Notes: generated by a model from the sequence alone, not told the origin. A DNA stretch of 64,000 bases from a bacterium (GCA_043719295.1 JAYSUD010000007.1:891-64890); one strand, 5' to 3'. Numbered from the stretch's first letter, positions 9,586 through 19,701 are shown. Program-made: numbers and translations.

Positions 9586-10884
9586 TTACACACTATTGCC
9601 AGCAACCCAACCAGTAGTCCAACACAATTGCAGTGAATACCCTCCTGATGGTCGTGTAATGTTTAGTACGTCTCCGGTAAAGAAAAGATTATCCTGTTTT
9701 TTAGACCGCATCGTTTTCGTATCAACTTCAGAGAGATCAATTCCACCATCAGACACTACAGCCCAGTCGTAGCCCATAGTATCAGTGATAGTAAGTGGCA
9801 TTGCTTTGAGTAAATCAACAAGCGCATGACGTTCTTCTTTGGTTACACTGTGCACCTTTGTTTCTCGAAGTTCAGGACTCATATGAAATCCTACCGCATG
9901 CTGCATCCCCGCAGGTACAATTTCTTTAAGGATATTCATCAACGTTTTATTTTTGCTTATATTAAAAAGCTCTATCACCCGATTACGTAACGTACCTACT
10001 TCCGTATCTGGATACATGTCGATTGTTGCAGTAACCGGACCAAAACGTAATAACTGCTTCACTTGATTGGCACTATTAAGAATTAAAGGCCCTGAGATAC
10101 CAAAATGGGTAAACAAAAGTCGTCCTGTTTTAGAAAAGCTCTTCTTCTTGTTTTTGTTTATGTCGTTGAAGGTAATCTTCATAAATGACAACGCGGTACC
10201 TGAAAGCTCTTTAACCCACCTATCTGCAACTTTAAGCGGGACAATATTTGGATTTGGTTTATGAACCGTATGTCCAAGCGAAGTTAACCATTCTAGACCT
10301 TCACCCGTTGAACCAGTTTCTTTGTGCGATGAGCCTCCAGTAGCGAGGATAAAGTTTGTACCTCCAAATGATTCACCATTTGTTTCAACTCCAACAATCT
10401 TCCCTTCACGTACTATAAAGTTAGTTACTTTGTAGCCAAGCTTCAAGGTAACTCCATTTTTGGTCATGTATTTTTTCAAAAGTGCAGTCACGTCGGGTGC
10501 ACTTTGTGTTTCAGGAAACGCTCGTTTACCACTTTCAACTACAAGTGGTAGTCCTCTTTTTTCAAAGAAATCAAAACATTCTTTTACTCCGAACTGTGAA
10601 AATGGTGAGAATAGAAATTTATCAGCATCACCATAGTGCGATAAAAGTTTTCTGACATCGTATTCTGCATTGGTAACGTTACACCGTCCACCACCAGTGA
10701 TTGAGAGCTTCTTCCCAAATTCCTTATTCTTTTCTATGATTAAGACACGTTTTCCGTTCTCAGCAGCTCGGCCCGCTGCAAACATACCAGAAGCTCCGCC
10801 ACCAATAACAACCACATCATACTGGGCACTCATGTGAGGTATTTCTTTTTCTACTGGAGTATTTTCGCTCGTAGGAGTTGACAT
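9586..10884 (-). CDS. HI0933/BaiN/YhiN-family FAD-dependent oxidoreductase
   Basis: IGGGASG, GKKLSITGGGRCNVTN, LFTHFGISGP, GGYSLQLCWTTG. Confidence 0.92.
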   Translation of the reverse strand: MSTPTSENTPVEKEIPHMSAQYDVVVIGGGASGMFAAGRAAENGKRVLIIEKNKEFGKKLSITGGGRCNVTNAEYDVRKLLSHYGDADKFLFSPFSQFGVKECFDFFEKRGLPLVVESGKRAFPETQSAPDVTALLKKYMTKNGVTLKLGYKVTNFIVREGKIVGVETNGESFGGTNFILATGGSSHKETGSTGEGLEWLTSLGHTVHKPNPNIVPLKVADRWVKELSGTALSFMKITFNDINKNKKKSFSKTGRLLFTHFGISGPLILNSANQVKQLLRFGPVTATIDMYPDTEVGTLRNRVIELFNISKNKTLMNILKEIVPAGMQHAVGFHMSPELRETKVHSVTKEERHALVDLLKAMPLTITDTMGYDWAVVSDGGIDLSEVDTKTMRSKKQDNLFFTGDVLNITRPSGGYSLQLCWTTGWVAGNSV

Positions 10885-10943
10885 AAGACGCAAAATATAT
10901 CATAATCATCACCTAATTGCAACTTGCATATCTAGCTGAAACA

Positions 10944-11157
10944 AGGTTTTCAGAAACGAGTGCAATTCGAGGCGGGCAAAGAAATTTTTACGAGGTGTGA
11001 GAAGTGACTGAATGTCACTTCGCAAGACTCAATGAGACAATTCGTAACGAAGTGGAGAAGAGTCCATTAAGTGGACAGCTTCGGTACGAAGAGTTGTAGT
11101 ACATTGAGAAAAAATTTCTGTAGGCCAACGAAGAAGTGTGCCGTTTGTGGAAATCTA
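10944..11157 (+). repeat. Structured palindromic element E1 (core plus nested module)
   Basis: AGGTTTTCAGAAACG pairs with CGTTTGTGGAAATCT; TTCGAGGC and AACGAAGAAGTGTGCC motifs; module at about 10999-11096. Confidence 0.9.
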
Positions 11158-11164
11158 ACATACT

Positions 11165-11887
11165 ATGTCATCAGAAAATAATATCTATCCTATGCGATTG
11201 AATAAATACTTGGCTCACCAAGGTACTGCTTCACGTCGGGAAGCTGACACCCTTATTGAACAAGGGCAAATTCTTGTTAATGGGAAAACTGCGGTTATGG
11301 GTCAAAAAGTTGAACGAACTGACACCGTTACTCTTAAAGGCTCTACAAAAGAAAAGAAGTATCTTGCTTACTACAAAGGCCGAGGGATTATTACTCACTC
11401 ACCGAGTGCTGGCGAAGTTGATATTGCAACAAAACTTAAAGAAGACTACAGCATCACTGATGTGAACCCTGTTGGACGGCTTGATAAAGATTCTGAAGGA
11501 CTGATGATTTTAACTAACGATGGCCGTATTACAGGCCCCTTACTCGACCCCGAAGCAGAACACGAAAAAGAATACGAGGTATCCGTTGATAAACCAGTTA
11601 ATGGTTTTTTCTTGAAACAACTTGAGCACGGAGTAAACATTGAAGGTTATTTTACAAAACCATCAACAGCAACCAAACACAAACACCCACTGAAGTTCAC
11701 GCTAATCCTAACTGAAGGTAAAAAACACCAAATCCGGCGTATGTGTGCAGCACTAGGCTACCAAGTCCAAGACCTCAAACGAGTACGTATTGCCAACATT
11801 GAGTTAGGCGAACTCAAGCCAAACCAATACCGAATCCTAAAAGGCCAAGAACTCGAAGCTTTCCTAAAAGAACTCAACACCAACTAA
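11165..11887 (+). CDS. rRNA pseudouridine synthase, RsuA/RluB/RluF family with S4 domain
   Basis: MRLNKYLA..G.ASRREAD, VGRLDKDSEGL, EGKKHQIRRM. Confidence 0.93.
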   Translation: MSSENNIYPMRLNKYLAHQGTASRREADTLIEQGQILVNGKTAVMGQKVERTDTVTLKGSTKEKKYLAYYKGRGIITHSPSAGEVDIATKLKEDYSITDVNPVGRLDKDSEGLMILTNDGRITGPLLDPEAEHEKEYEVSVDKPVNGFFLKQLEHGVNIEGYFTKPSTATKHKHPLKFTLILTEGKKHQIRRMCAALGYQVQDLKRVRIANIELGELKPNQYRILKGQELEAFLKELNTN

Positions 11888-11912
11888 CAACCTATCCCCT
11901 TGTCGAACTACG

Positions 11913-11937
11913 AAGTCCGAGGTCCGACCTCGGACTT
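11913..11937. repeat. REP-like perfect palindrome AAGTCCGAGGTC-C-GACCTCGGACTT
   Basis: 12-bp arms; second partial copy at 20555-20573. Confidence 0.8.
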
Positions 11938-11956
11938 TTAAATATTTAAATAAATG

Positions 11957-11988
11957 AAAAGGCCGCGTGTAGAGAGACGCGGCCTTTT
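11957..11988. terminator. Intrinsic terminator
   Basis: AAAAGGCCGCGT...ACGCGGCCTTTT. Confidence 0.75.
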
Positions 11989-12005
11989 CAGGTTTCGTCT
12001 TTCGC

Positions 12006-12296
12006 TTACGCGGCCGGAATTTCGCAGAGCTGTAGCAACTCATCGCAGAACGCTTGCCGTTGCTTCGGCGTTGTGCCTGAACCTGCATTAGCCCAGAAGC
12101 CATTGATCGGCCTGTCGATATAACTGCCGAGCGAAAAGGGTTTCCCGGGACAATGCCTTTCCCAAATTTCACCGATCTCGGTTTCATTGGGGAACTTCAA
12201 AACTTGAAAATCCTGATCGAGCTTGTCAGTCCCATTCCAGACAAAGTATCGTCCAGATTTGGAATGATATTTCATTATCAGTGGCAATTTTTCCAT
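12006..12296 (-). CDS. Orphan hypothetical protein (stand-alone, SD-led)
   Basis: 96 aa ORF, AAGGAGG 5 nt before ATG, own terminator. Confidence 0.7.
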   Translation of the reverse strand: MEKLPLIMKYHSKSGRYFVWNGTDKLDQDFQVLKFPNETEIGEIWERHCPGKPFSLGSYIDRPINGFWANAGSGTTPKQRQAFCDELLQLCEIPAA

Positions 12297-12414
12297 TGAG
12301 CCCTCCTTGGCTGACTGAGTGGATACAGTATCATTATGCAGAAAAAATACAACGAAATGTGTTGTATACGTAAGTCACACATTTTTTTCTAGTTTATTTT
12401 TCTGCGAACAGTCA

Positions 12415-12831
12415 CTATTCCATCTGATAGCAAGATGTTTTACCTTCTTCTTTTGTCCAATCTGTGTATCGCCACCAAGTCGGCTTAAAAACCATGAATA
12501 CATCTGTTTTATACTTTGCTACTTTTTCTGGGAATTTTTTGAGATAAAAAGCTTCTTGTTCTTTTGTAACCCCAGAAGAAATTGAGCCATCAAACTGTGC
12601 AACAATTGTTTTAATTTCCTCAAAACCTGTCGTAAATGAAGCTCTGGAACTTCTATACGTAGCAATGCGTTCATACTTACGAGATTCTGGTGATGTCTGT
12701 ATAATGATTTCAAGTGTTTCGGGAATACAAGCAAAATGCACAGTAGCCACATGTGGGTCACCATTTAGTAGCTGCGTTGCAAGAGAACCAAATCGTTCCT
12801 TTTGTAGAAACATAATCACCTCATTTTCCAT
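12415..12831 (-). CDS. Pyridoxamine 5'-phosphate oxidase-like (FMN split-barrel) protein
   Basis: LAT...G.PHVATVHF, T..ESRK, FKPTWWRYTD. Confidence 0.7.
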   Translation of the reverse strand: MENEVIMFLQKERFGSLATQLLNGDPHVATVHFACIPETLEIIIQTSPESRKYERIATYRSSRASFTTGFEEIKTIVAQFDGSISSGVTKEQEAFYLKKFPEKVAKYKTDVFMVFKPTWWRYTDWTKEEGKTSCYQME

Positions 12832-12878
12832 ATCTGTGATTTTATTTTCCAAGTTTTGCTAAGTAACTTACACAACAA

Positions 12879-13754
12879 TTATTTATTCTTGATTGATTCA
12901 AGCATTGCTGCCATTCCCGCTAGGTCTTTATTTGAACCAGCATCGATGATAATAGTGTTGCCGTGACTTGCTGCACTTGTAATAGTGTCGAGTCTGTTGG
13001 TGTCAGTTAGAAACTGGATTGCGATATCTGTTTTAAGTCCAGCTTCCTGCATGGTCTTCATTGCCTCCTCAAGTCCTCTTGCAATTGCTGTTCGCATTTG
13101 TGCCATACCTTCACCTTGTAGCTTCTTACTCTCAGCTTCTGCTTGTGCTGCACCAACAAGTTTTATGCGCGCTGCTTCAGCTTCGTTTCGAGCTGCTTCC
13201 ATCAGCCGTTTACTTGCAATGACCTTATTAAACGCATCACGCACTTCACTACTTGGCTGTGGCTCATCAACAAGGACGTTTTCAATACTGTATCCAAACC
13301 GAGCGAATTGTTCGGATAATGCGGTTTGCACCTGTGACTCTACAGCGTCACGATTAGCATACAGCTCCGTCATTTCCATACCTGATGCTGTTTGTCGCAC
13401 ATTGTTTAATACATAGGAGGTAATTTGTTTCTCTGGTGATTCAAGTTCGTAATGCGCTTTAACGGCGCCAATAGCATCGTCACTTGCTTTATACTGTACT
13501 TTAACAGGCAACATCATGAAAGCGTTGTCACTAGTCTTAACAGACACATCAGCGTGAATTTCCTGAAGTTGGACATTTACCCGAGAAACTATTTTCGTAA
13601 TTGGCCACGGCAATTTAACATGGAGCCCCGGGAATACCGCTTGTGGATGTGGTCGGCCAAATGTCTCTAAAATTGCTGCAGTCTTCCCTTTTACCACATA
13701 CAACATTGAAGGTACACAGAGTACCGCTACTATTAAAATAACAATCCAAAACAT
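12879..13754 (-). CDS. SPFH/band 7 domain protein
   Basis: N-terminal TM, PGLHVKLPWP, KTSDNAF, C-terminal coiled coil AEAESKKLQGEG. Confidence 0.9.
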   Translation of the reverse strand: MFWIVILIVAVLCVPSMLYVVKGKTAAILETFGRPHPQAVFPGLHVKLPWPITKIVSRVNVQLQEIHADVSVKTSDNAFMMLPVKVQYKASDDAIGAVKAHYELESPEKQITSYVLNNVRQTASGMEMTELYANRDAVESQVQTALSEQFARFGYSIENVLVDEPQPSSEVRDAFNKVIASKRLMEAARNEAEAARIKLVGAAQAEAESKKLQGEGMAQMRTAIARGLEEAMKTMQEAGLKTDIAIQFLTDTNRLDTITSAASHGNTIIIDAGSNKDLAGMAAMLESIKNK

Positions 13755-13819
13755 AGCTCAATATGACTTAACGAATATAGCGACAGTATAACAAACTCGT
13801 ACCAAACTGGTACAGCTTA

Positions 13820-13855
13820 AACAAAAATCGGCTTTGAAAGCCGATTTTTTGTTTA
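13820..13855. terminator. Intrinsic terminator downstream of typA
   Basis: AAAAATCGGCTTTGAAAGCCGATTTTT. Confidence 0.75.
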
Positions 13856-13865
13856 AGCATTCTTA

Positions 13866-15656
13866 CTACCCCTTACTCCCTTTCTTTCTATCACCTTCTT
13901 TTAGCTGTTGCTTTCGGAGTCGAACAGATACGGGACATACTTCGAGATATTCATCTTCAGCCATAATCTCGAGACCAATTTCAATTGACAGCGGACGGTG
14001 TGGCACAAGTGTTGTAGCTTCGTCAGTTCCTGATGCGCGCATGTTGGTAAGTTGCTTTCCTTTAGTAGGATTTACCGTCATCTCTTCACCCTTAGAGGTG
14101 TTACCAATTACCATTCCCTCGTACACTTCGTCTCCTGCAGTGATGTACAAAGCGCCACGGTCTTGCAAACTAAAGAGTGAGAATCCAAGTGCTTTTCCAG
14201 GTGCCATTGAGATCATTGATCCAGCTTTTCGCTTCTTGATTTCACCAGCATATGGTTTAAACCCAAGTACCTGTGAAGCTAAAATACCTTCTCCTCGCGT
14301 ATCAACCATAAATTGGTTTTTGTATCCAAGAAGTCCTCGAGTTGGTCCTTCGAAAATCAATCGCACTTGATTCCCATGTACGATCATATTCTGCATGATA
14401 AATGCTCGGTTTGAGAGTCGTTCAATAACAGGGCCTTGGTATTCAGAAGGAATATCAACCGTCACTTCTTCAAATGGCTCCATTTTATGTCCATCAACTT
14501 CACGGATAATTACCTGTGGTTGTGATACTGAAAGTTCAAATCCTTCACGTCGCATGTTTTCAAGCAAGATAGCAACATGCATTTCACCTCGTCCATATAC
14601 TTGGAAAATATCACCTCCACTAAAGTCTACCTGTAGTCCAACGTTAATTTCAAGCTCTTTCTCAAGACGTGCTTTGATTTGTCGTGAAGTTACATACTTT
14701 CCTTCTTTACCAGCAAACGGAGAACTGTTTACCAAGAATTGAAGACCAATAGTTGGTTCGTCAATTGAAATTGCTGGCAATGGTTCAACACTTTCGTTGT
14801 CAGTAAGTGTCTCACCAATGTTGATGTCGGTAAGTCCTGCAATAAGTACAATGTCTCCCGCAAATGCTTCCTGCATTTCAACTTGAGCGATACCTCGGTA
14901 GCCACTAAGTTTTACAATTTTTCCTTTCTTTGTGTCCATCCCATCATGTTTTATAAAAAGCTGTTGTGCTTTCTCAAGTTTTCCTTCGTAAATACGCGCA
15001 ACCGCAAGACGTCCAAGGAAATTGTCATACCCAAGGTTAAACACCTGTGCTTTAAGCGCTTGACCTGCTTCATATCCTTTCGCTGCAGGTACTTTTTCCA
15101 AAATTACATCAAGAAGTGGTGAGAGATCAACGAGTTCATCGCTCATCTTCCGCTTTGCAACTCCTTGTCGTCCGATTGCGTACACCGGTGTAAAGTCAGA
15201 CTGTTCGTCGTTAGCGCCAAGCTCTAAGAAAAGCTCAAGTACTTGCTCCTCACATTTTGACGGATTTGCAGCAGGTTTATCAATCTTGTTGATAACCACA
15301 ATTGGTTTGAGTCCAAGCTCAAGTGACTTCTTAAGTACAAAGCGAGTTTGTGGCATTGGCCCTTCTTGCGCATCAACTACCAAAAGCACACAGTCAATTG
15401 AACGGAGTACTCGTTCTACTTCAGAACCGAAGTCCGCGTGACCAGGAGTATCAACAATATTGATTTTAGTGCCCTTATACTCAATTGAGGTGTTCTTTGC
15501 GTAAATGGTAATACCTCGCTCTTTTTCAAGTGCGTTGTTGTCCATTGAAGCCCCCGCTTCACGGAAACCAGTTTGTTCCATAAGTGCGTCGGTCAAGGTA
15601 GTCTTACCATGGTCTACGTGGGCGATGATTGCAATATTTCGAATTTCTTGGCTCAT
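13866..15656 (-). CDS. typA: Translational GTPase TypA/BipA
   Basis: IRNIAIIAHVDHGKTT, DTPGHADFG, NKID, C-terminal KQLTNMRASGTD. Confidence 0.97.
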   Translation of the reverse strand: MSQEIRNIAIIAHVDHGKTTLTDALMEQTGFREAGASMDNNALEKERGITIYAKNTSIEYKGTKINIVDTPGHADFGSEVERVLRSIDCVLLVVDAQEGPMPQTRFVLKKSLELGLKPIVVINKIDKPAANPSKCEEQVLELFLELGANDEQSDFTPVYAIGRQGVAKRKMSDELVDLSPLLDVILEKVPAAKGYEAGQALKAQVFNLGYDNFLGRLAVARIYEGKLEKAQQLFIKHDGMDTKKGKIVKLSGYRGIAQVEMQEAFAGDIVLIAGLTDINIGETLTDNESVEPLPAISIDEPTIGLQFLVNSSPFAGKEGKYVTSRQIKARLEKELEINVGLQVDFSGGDIFQVYGRGEMHVAILLENMRREGFELSVSQPQVIIREVDGHKMEPFEEVTVDIPSEYQGPVIERLSNRAFIMQNMIVHGNQVRLIFEGPTRGLLGYKNQFMVDTRGEGILASQVLGFKPYAGEIKKRKAGSMISMAPGKALGFSLFSLQDRGALYITAGDEVYEGMVIGNTSKGEEMTVNPTKGKQLTNMRASGTDEATTLVPHRPLSIEIGLEIMAEDEYLEVCPVSVRLRKQQLKEGDRKKGSKG

Positions 15657-15803
15657 AGTAATTGTTTGTTAAATAAAAATGGCGCACAAAGGCGTCGTTA
15701 AGTGGCAGTAGGATACAGTTAAAACACGATTTTGTCTAGACGTCAGAAATGAAAAAGGCCGTCGCAACGCCCCTTTTCGGTTTGTTACGATGGCCGTAGC
15801 CAG

Positions 15804-16139
15804 CTATTGTCCACCATTTGACTCAGATACGTTGCGACTGAACATATCATCAACAGTCCTCATCCGCTTTGAACGTCCCTGCTCAAAGCCAGCATCGAAA
15901 CCTGCCTGAGCAACAGTCGACAAGAGTTCGTAGAGACTGGTGTTTGATCCTGGGTCCCCTACGATTGTTACAAGAGCTTGCATGAATGCATCAGATGAAC
16001 CTAGTGCGATTGCAATCGGATCGCATACATCCTCACCAAAATCATCAATACGCGGATCATGATCACAGATTATTCTCACCCCAAAAACTTCTGCTTGATC
16101 ATTTCTGAAAGCCATATGAAACTTAGTTGGCACTTTCAT
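15804..16139 (-). CDS. Orphan hypothetical protein (stand-alone, SD-led)
   Basis: 111 aa ORF, AAGGGAG upstream, hairpin plus T-run at about 15752-15796. Confidence 0.65.
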   Translation of the reverse strand: MKVPTKFHMAFRNDQAEVFGVRIICDHDPRIDDFGEDVCDPIAIALGSSDAFMQALVTIVGDPGSNTSLYELLSTVAQAGFDAGFEQGRSKRMRTVDDMFSRNVSESNGGQ

Positions 16140-16183
16140 AACATTTTCTCCCTTGATATTTCAGGCGGATTCAAAATACTCCT

Positions 16184-16441
16184 CTACTTTGAATTAGTCA
16201 ATCTTTGTTTCTCTTCACGAGTTAAGTTTTTAAGCTCTGCTTCCTCTTTTTGAGCATAACTTCGATTTTTCTTTCGTTTTTTGTACACCAAAACTACAGG
16301 GCGACGTGCTTTTGTATATTTTGCACCAGAAGTTTTCTTCCCTTCACCATTATGTTCTTGTACTCGACGTGCCACGTCAGTAGTCACCCCAGTATACAAA
16401 GACTCATCACTACAACGGACCATGTATACAAACCACGTCAT
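16184..16441 (-). CDS. GIY-YIG nuclease (UPF0213/YhbQ-like)
   Basis: WFVYMVRC...LYTGVTTD..RRV.EHN...GAKYT..RRPV. Confidence 0.9.
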   Translation of the reverse strand: MTWFVYMVRCSDESLYTGVTTDVARRVQEHNGEGKKTSGAKYTKARRPVVLVYKKRKKNRSYAQKEEAELKNLTREEKQRLTNSK

Positions 16442-16442
16442 A

Positions 16443-17078
16443 TTACAAAGTTGCACTCTTTCTTCGATGATAGACAAAGAAAAATACAATCACAATTAAG
16501 CAAAAAAGTGGCACATACACCAACGGTGACAAAAGGGTTGTGAACTTTGAATTACCTAAAAATTCTTTGACCTCAAACAGCGTACGTACGTTTGCAAAAT
16601 ATCCACGATTTATCTTCTCAGTCCCTAACATCAAACGATACTTCCCTTCATTGTTAGGAGAACTCACCTCAAGTGTATATACACCAGGTTCAAGATTTGC
16701 TTCAAGTGCCCCTCCATTTCTAAATGTCTCAACAAGCATTCTGTCTTTCACTTCATTCCATGGTTGCTCTTTTATCAAAGTACGCTTAATCTCAGTCACC
16801 CCACGCCGTTCTTGCTTTACAATAATTATTGATACATCATTTTTTTGAACAGCAATATCAGGAATTGATACTGTAGCTTTAAACTGATAGGAGGTTGGAA
16901 CTTCAAATTCAAACGTGTGTGGGTATCCATCGAGACGACCAAAAAATTCTTGAGATGTTGTCGGCTCTGCAATTTGGAGTACTGCGTACTGGTCTTGGGG
17001 CTTTGCAATAACTGAAGTATACGCAAGTGCGCATACTGGCAATAAAAGTAGAATAAAAAATAGAGCTCTCAAAGACAT
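16443..17078 (-). CDS. Hypothetical exported protein with C-terminal membrane anchor
   Basis: 211 aa, signal peptide and C-terminal TM. Confidence 0.7.
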   Translation of the reverse strand: MSLRALFFILLLLPVCALAYTSVIAKPQDQYAVLQIAEPTTSQEFFGRLDGYPHTFEFEVPTSYQFKATVSIPDIAVQKNDVSIIIVKQERRGVTEIKRTLIKEQPWNEVKDRMLVETFRNGGALEANLEPGVYTLEVSSPNNEGKYRLMLGTEKINRGYFANVRTLFEVKEFLGNSKFTTLLSPLVYVPLFCLIVIVFFFVYHRRKSATL

Positions 17079-17118
17079 AATAAACTCATTGTATCAGATG
17101 AGTCAGAACGACAGAAAA

Positions 17119-17706
17119 TTATTCAGCGGTGACACCTCCTTCATTGAAACGATCAAACATCATTTGAATTGGACCTTCTTCAATAAGAACAGGGTACGTG
17201 CTTGTCGGGTTTGCCATAAATTCCCATACTGCAATCAAACTTTCTTGAAGAACTGTGTCATTTGCAAGCTTAGTTGAGCAAGTATCAAGTGCATAGGTCT
17301 TTCCTTCTTTTGTCACATCGTACATATAGTCAAGTCCATCAACATAGCTAGCACATTCACCTGAAGTAGTATCTTGCGCAAGCGAAACTAGTTTTTCTGT
17401 AGTGAGTTTTTGGAATACAGAGGTACGCATGTCTACAGGAATCCTTCCGTCAGTTACTTCTGCACGAGGTGTGCTTTGGTACTGATACTTTCTATTGTCT
17501 TGAAGTTTAAATGAGGAGCAGGCATCCATTTCCTGACACCCACCATACATTTTACCTTCAATCACCACTGTATCTTCACTTATTATTTCTGACTCGTCAG
17601 TATTGGGTGCTAGTTCGGGCACAAATACGGTGACATAGAGAAACATTCCCGAAAGTATTCCCATAACAAGCGATGAACCCAAAATAAAGTAAATTTTCCC
17701 TGTCAT
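17119..17706 (-). CDS. Hypothetical membrane-anchored protein
   Basis: N-terminal TM, four Cys; start trimmed to MTGKIYF. Confidence 0.7.
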   Translation of the reverse strand: MTGKIYFILGSSLVMGILSGMFLYVTVFVPELAPNTDESEIISEDTVVIEGKMYGGCQEMDACSSFKLQDNRKYQYQSTPRAEVTDGRIPVDMRTSVFQKLTTEKLVSLAQDTTSGECASYVDGLDYMYDVTKEGKTYALDTCSTKLANDTVLQESLIAVWEFMANPTSTYPVLIEEGPIQMMFDRFNEGGVTAE

Positions 17707-17835
17707 ACAGTTAATTAATTGTAATCTACAGTATAGCAAATGTTTCAAAACACAATCGCACAATCCCTAGATATGGGGTAGAATTCCCTTGCTCAAGTAA
17801 CAGAGACTAGTACACGTAATACATTGATTTTTTAT

Positions 17836-17922
17836 GGAGAGTTCGCATAGTGGTCTAGTGCACTGCCTTGGAAAGGCAGCATCGGGGCAACCTGATCAGG
17901 AGTTCAAATCTCCTACTCTCCG
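17836..17922 (+). tRNA. tRNA-Ser (anticodon GGA), CCA not encoded
   Basis: Acceptor GGAGAGT/ACTCTCC, anticodon arm CTGCC-TTGGAAA-GGCAG, long variable arm, T-loop GTTCAAATC, discriminator G. Confidence 0.96.
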
Positions 17923-17925
17923 CAT

Positions 17926-18732
17926 ATGGGATACTGTATATATTGCGATAGCAAAAGTGAACTTACTGACGAACATATCATCCCTCATGGTTTAGGAGGA
18001 AAGCTGATTCTTAAGGACTCGAGCTGTAAAACATGTGCGATTGAGACGAGTCGTCTAGAAGATGCTTTACTCAGGGGTCATTGGGCTAGCGCAAGAAAGC
18101 ACTTAAACATGCCAAGCAGACATAAAAGGAGAAACGAAGGAAATCCTACGATGGCTGAAATAAAAATTATTAGACGTAATGGCATTATCTTATTAGCGCA
18201 AATAAGAGCTGACGAAGCAAATTTTTTGCTTTTGCCGTATCTATTCAGATCTGAATTACTACACGAACCAATATTAGAGGGTATCAAACCGTATGCAAAG
18301 AATTTTGGTTTTATCTTCTTAAAAATTAACGGCCCTTCTAAAGCGTACATCAGTGGTAACGAATACAAATTTGACGGAAGTGAAAAGATTGAAAATATAA
18401 TAAATAAATTTGATTCTAACAATATATTTCGTTTCTTGGCTAAAATTGCTCACTCCTATGCCATACACATCTATGGACTCAGTGCATGTAATGAGTATTA
18501 CTTACCGAAAATAATACTAGGGAATGTTACTGAAGCAATGCAGTATATTGGAAATGCTCCAGATGAGATGCAAAATTTAAGATTAGATAAGTGTGATGAT
18601 TTTCATTCATTAAAATCAGAAATATTAGATGGTCACTTGTGTGTATATATCCAACTCTTCAATGTTACCAACTTTACGCCAACACCTATTTATCAAGTTG
18701 TAGTCGGACGTGTGAATGCACAAGGAGACTAA
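17926..18732 (+). CDS. HNH endonuclease domain protein
   Basis: CIYC...LTDEHIIPHGLGG...CKTC; AT-rich. Confidence 0.8.
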   Translation: MGYCIYCDSKSELTDEHIIPHGLGGKLILKDSSCKTCAIETSRLEDALLRGHWASARKHLNMPSRHKRRNEGNPTMAEIKIIRRNGIILLAQIRADEANFLLLPYLFRSELLHEPILEGIKPYAKNFGFIFLKINGPSKAYISGNEYKFDGSEKIENIINKFDSNNIFRFLAKIAHSYAIHIYGLSACNEYYLPKIILGNVTEAMQYIGNAPDEMQNLRLDKCDDFHSLKSEILDGHLCVYIQLFNVTNFTPTPIYQVVVGRVNAQGD

Positions 18733-18807
18733 TGTGCCCCCCTTATCCAATTGCATATTGTAAAACCTCATCAATAAACAACTCCCGAAACTTTTTTTGA
18801 TTTTTTG

Positions 18808-19608
18808 TCACTTTAATCTTTTCTTCTCAAACTTCTTAATCCGTGTTTTTGCTTTCCCAACACCGTCAACCACTGGCAAATTCTCTGGCATAGTACCGCC
18901 AATATTTCTAATAGTGTTCCTCACTTTTTGTCCAACTTCAAAGTGTGCTAGGTTGGCATTACCTTCGCCTTTAATGTTTTCTCTTCGAATTTTTGCGTCA
19001 GTTTGTGTCGCTCGAAATAGATTGGCTGCTAATTCTTCGCTGTTCATATGATCGAGAATTTGCTGAGATGTGCCTAACTTCTTTTTTTCATGAATATCTT
19101 GCATTGTCATTCCACCATACAATCCTTTATAGCCTGCGTTTTGGAAAATTGCATAATTTTGAACACCTGCACCCTTAGCTGTTTTGGTGAGTGACGTATT
19201 ATGCTTTTTTATTTCTTCACGCAGAAAAACTCGTTTGTTATCTTCAACGAGATTATCCGTGTCTTCTTGGCGATGAGTCTGAATGGCAAAGTAAGTTTGT
19301 CCTTTCGCCACGACAACTTTGGTAGGGTTTGAGTTTTGCACAATCAAATAACACGCATAGCGAGACAAATAGACTGTTTCAACGTTCTTTTCCGCTCCTG
19401 AACCAATTGCGACCATATCGGTGGCTTCAACGAAATGGCTGTGGATAACCTCGCCACTATTCTCGCACGCAACCCTTGCTTTACTTATCACGGTTTGAAA
19501 ATTTCGATAATCGGAGTATTCAAGAGCCTTAGCTAGATCACGAGACGACCAATACTCTGCACCTTGGTCGTCCAAACGCTTGATAGTTTCGAACTGATTT
19601 TCTTTCAT
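18808..19608 (-). CDS. dinD: DNA damage-inducible protein D-like (BRO-N domain)
   Basis: EYWSSRDL...YSDYRNF, LSRYACYLIVQN, GQTYFAIQT, ELAANLFRATQT. Confidence 0.85.
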   Translation of the reverse strand: MKENQFETIKRLDDQGAEYWSSRDLAKALEYSDYRNFQTVISKARVACENSGEVIHSHFVEATDMVAIGSGAEKNVETVYLSRYACYLIVQNSNPTKVVVAKGQTYFAIQTHRQEDTDNLVEDNKRVFLREEIKKHNTSLTKTAKGAGVQNYAIFQNAGYKGLYGGMTMQDIHEKKKLGTSQQILDHMNSEELAANLFRATQTDAKIRRENIKGEGNANLAHFEVGQKVRNTIRNIGGTMPENLPVVDGVGKAKTRIKKFEKKRLK

Positions 19609-19701
19609 TACTGCAATTTTACCACATTAATATTGCTGCTTCGTTAAAAAAGACCCAAAAATAACATTTTAGACTCGTAAAAAGTGATATACTGTTTGTA
19701 T

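Noticed and set aside
17900-19650. Prophage or integrative element with att sites at tRNA-Ser
   Set aside because: No integrase and no convincing duplicate of the tRNA 3' end found downstream.
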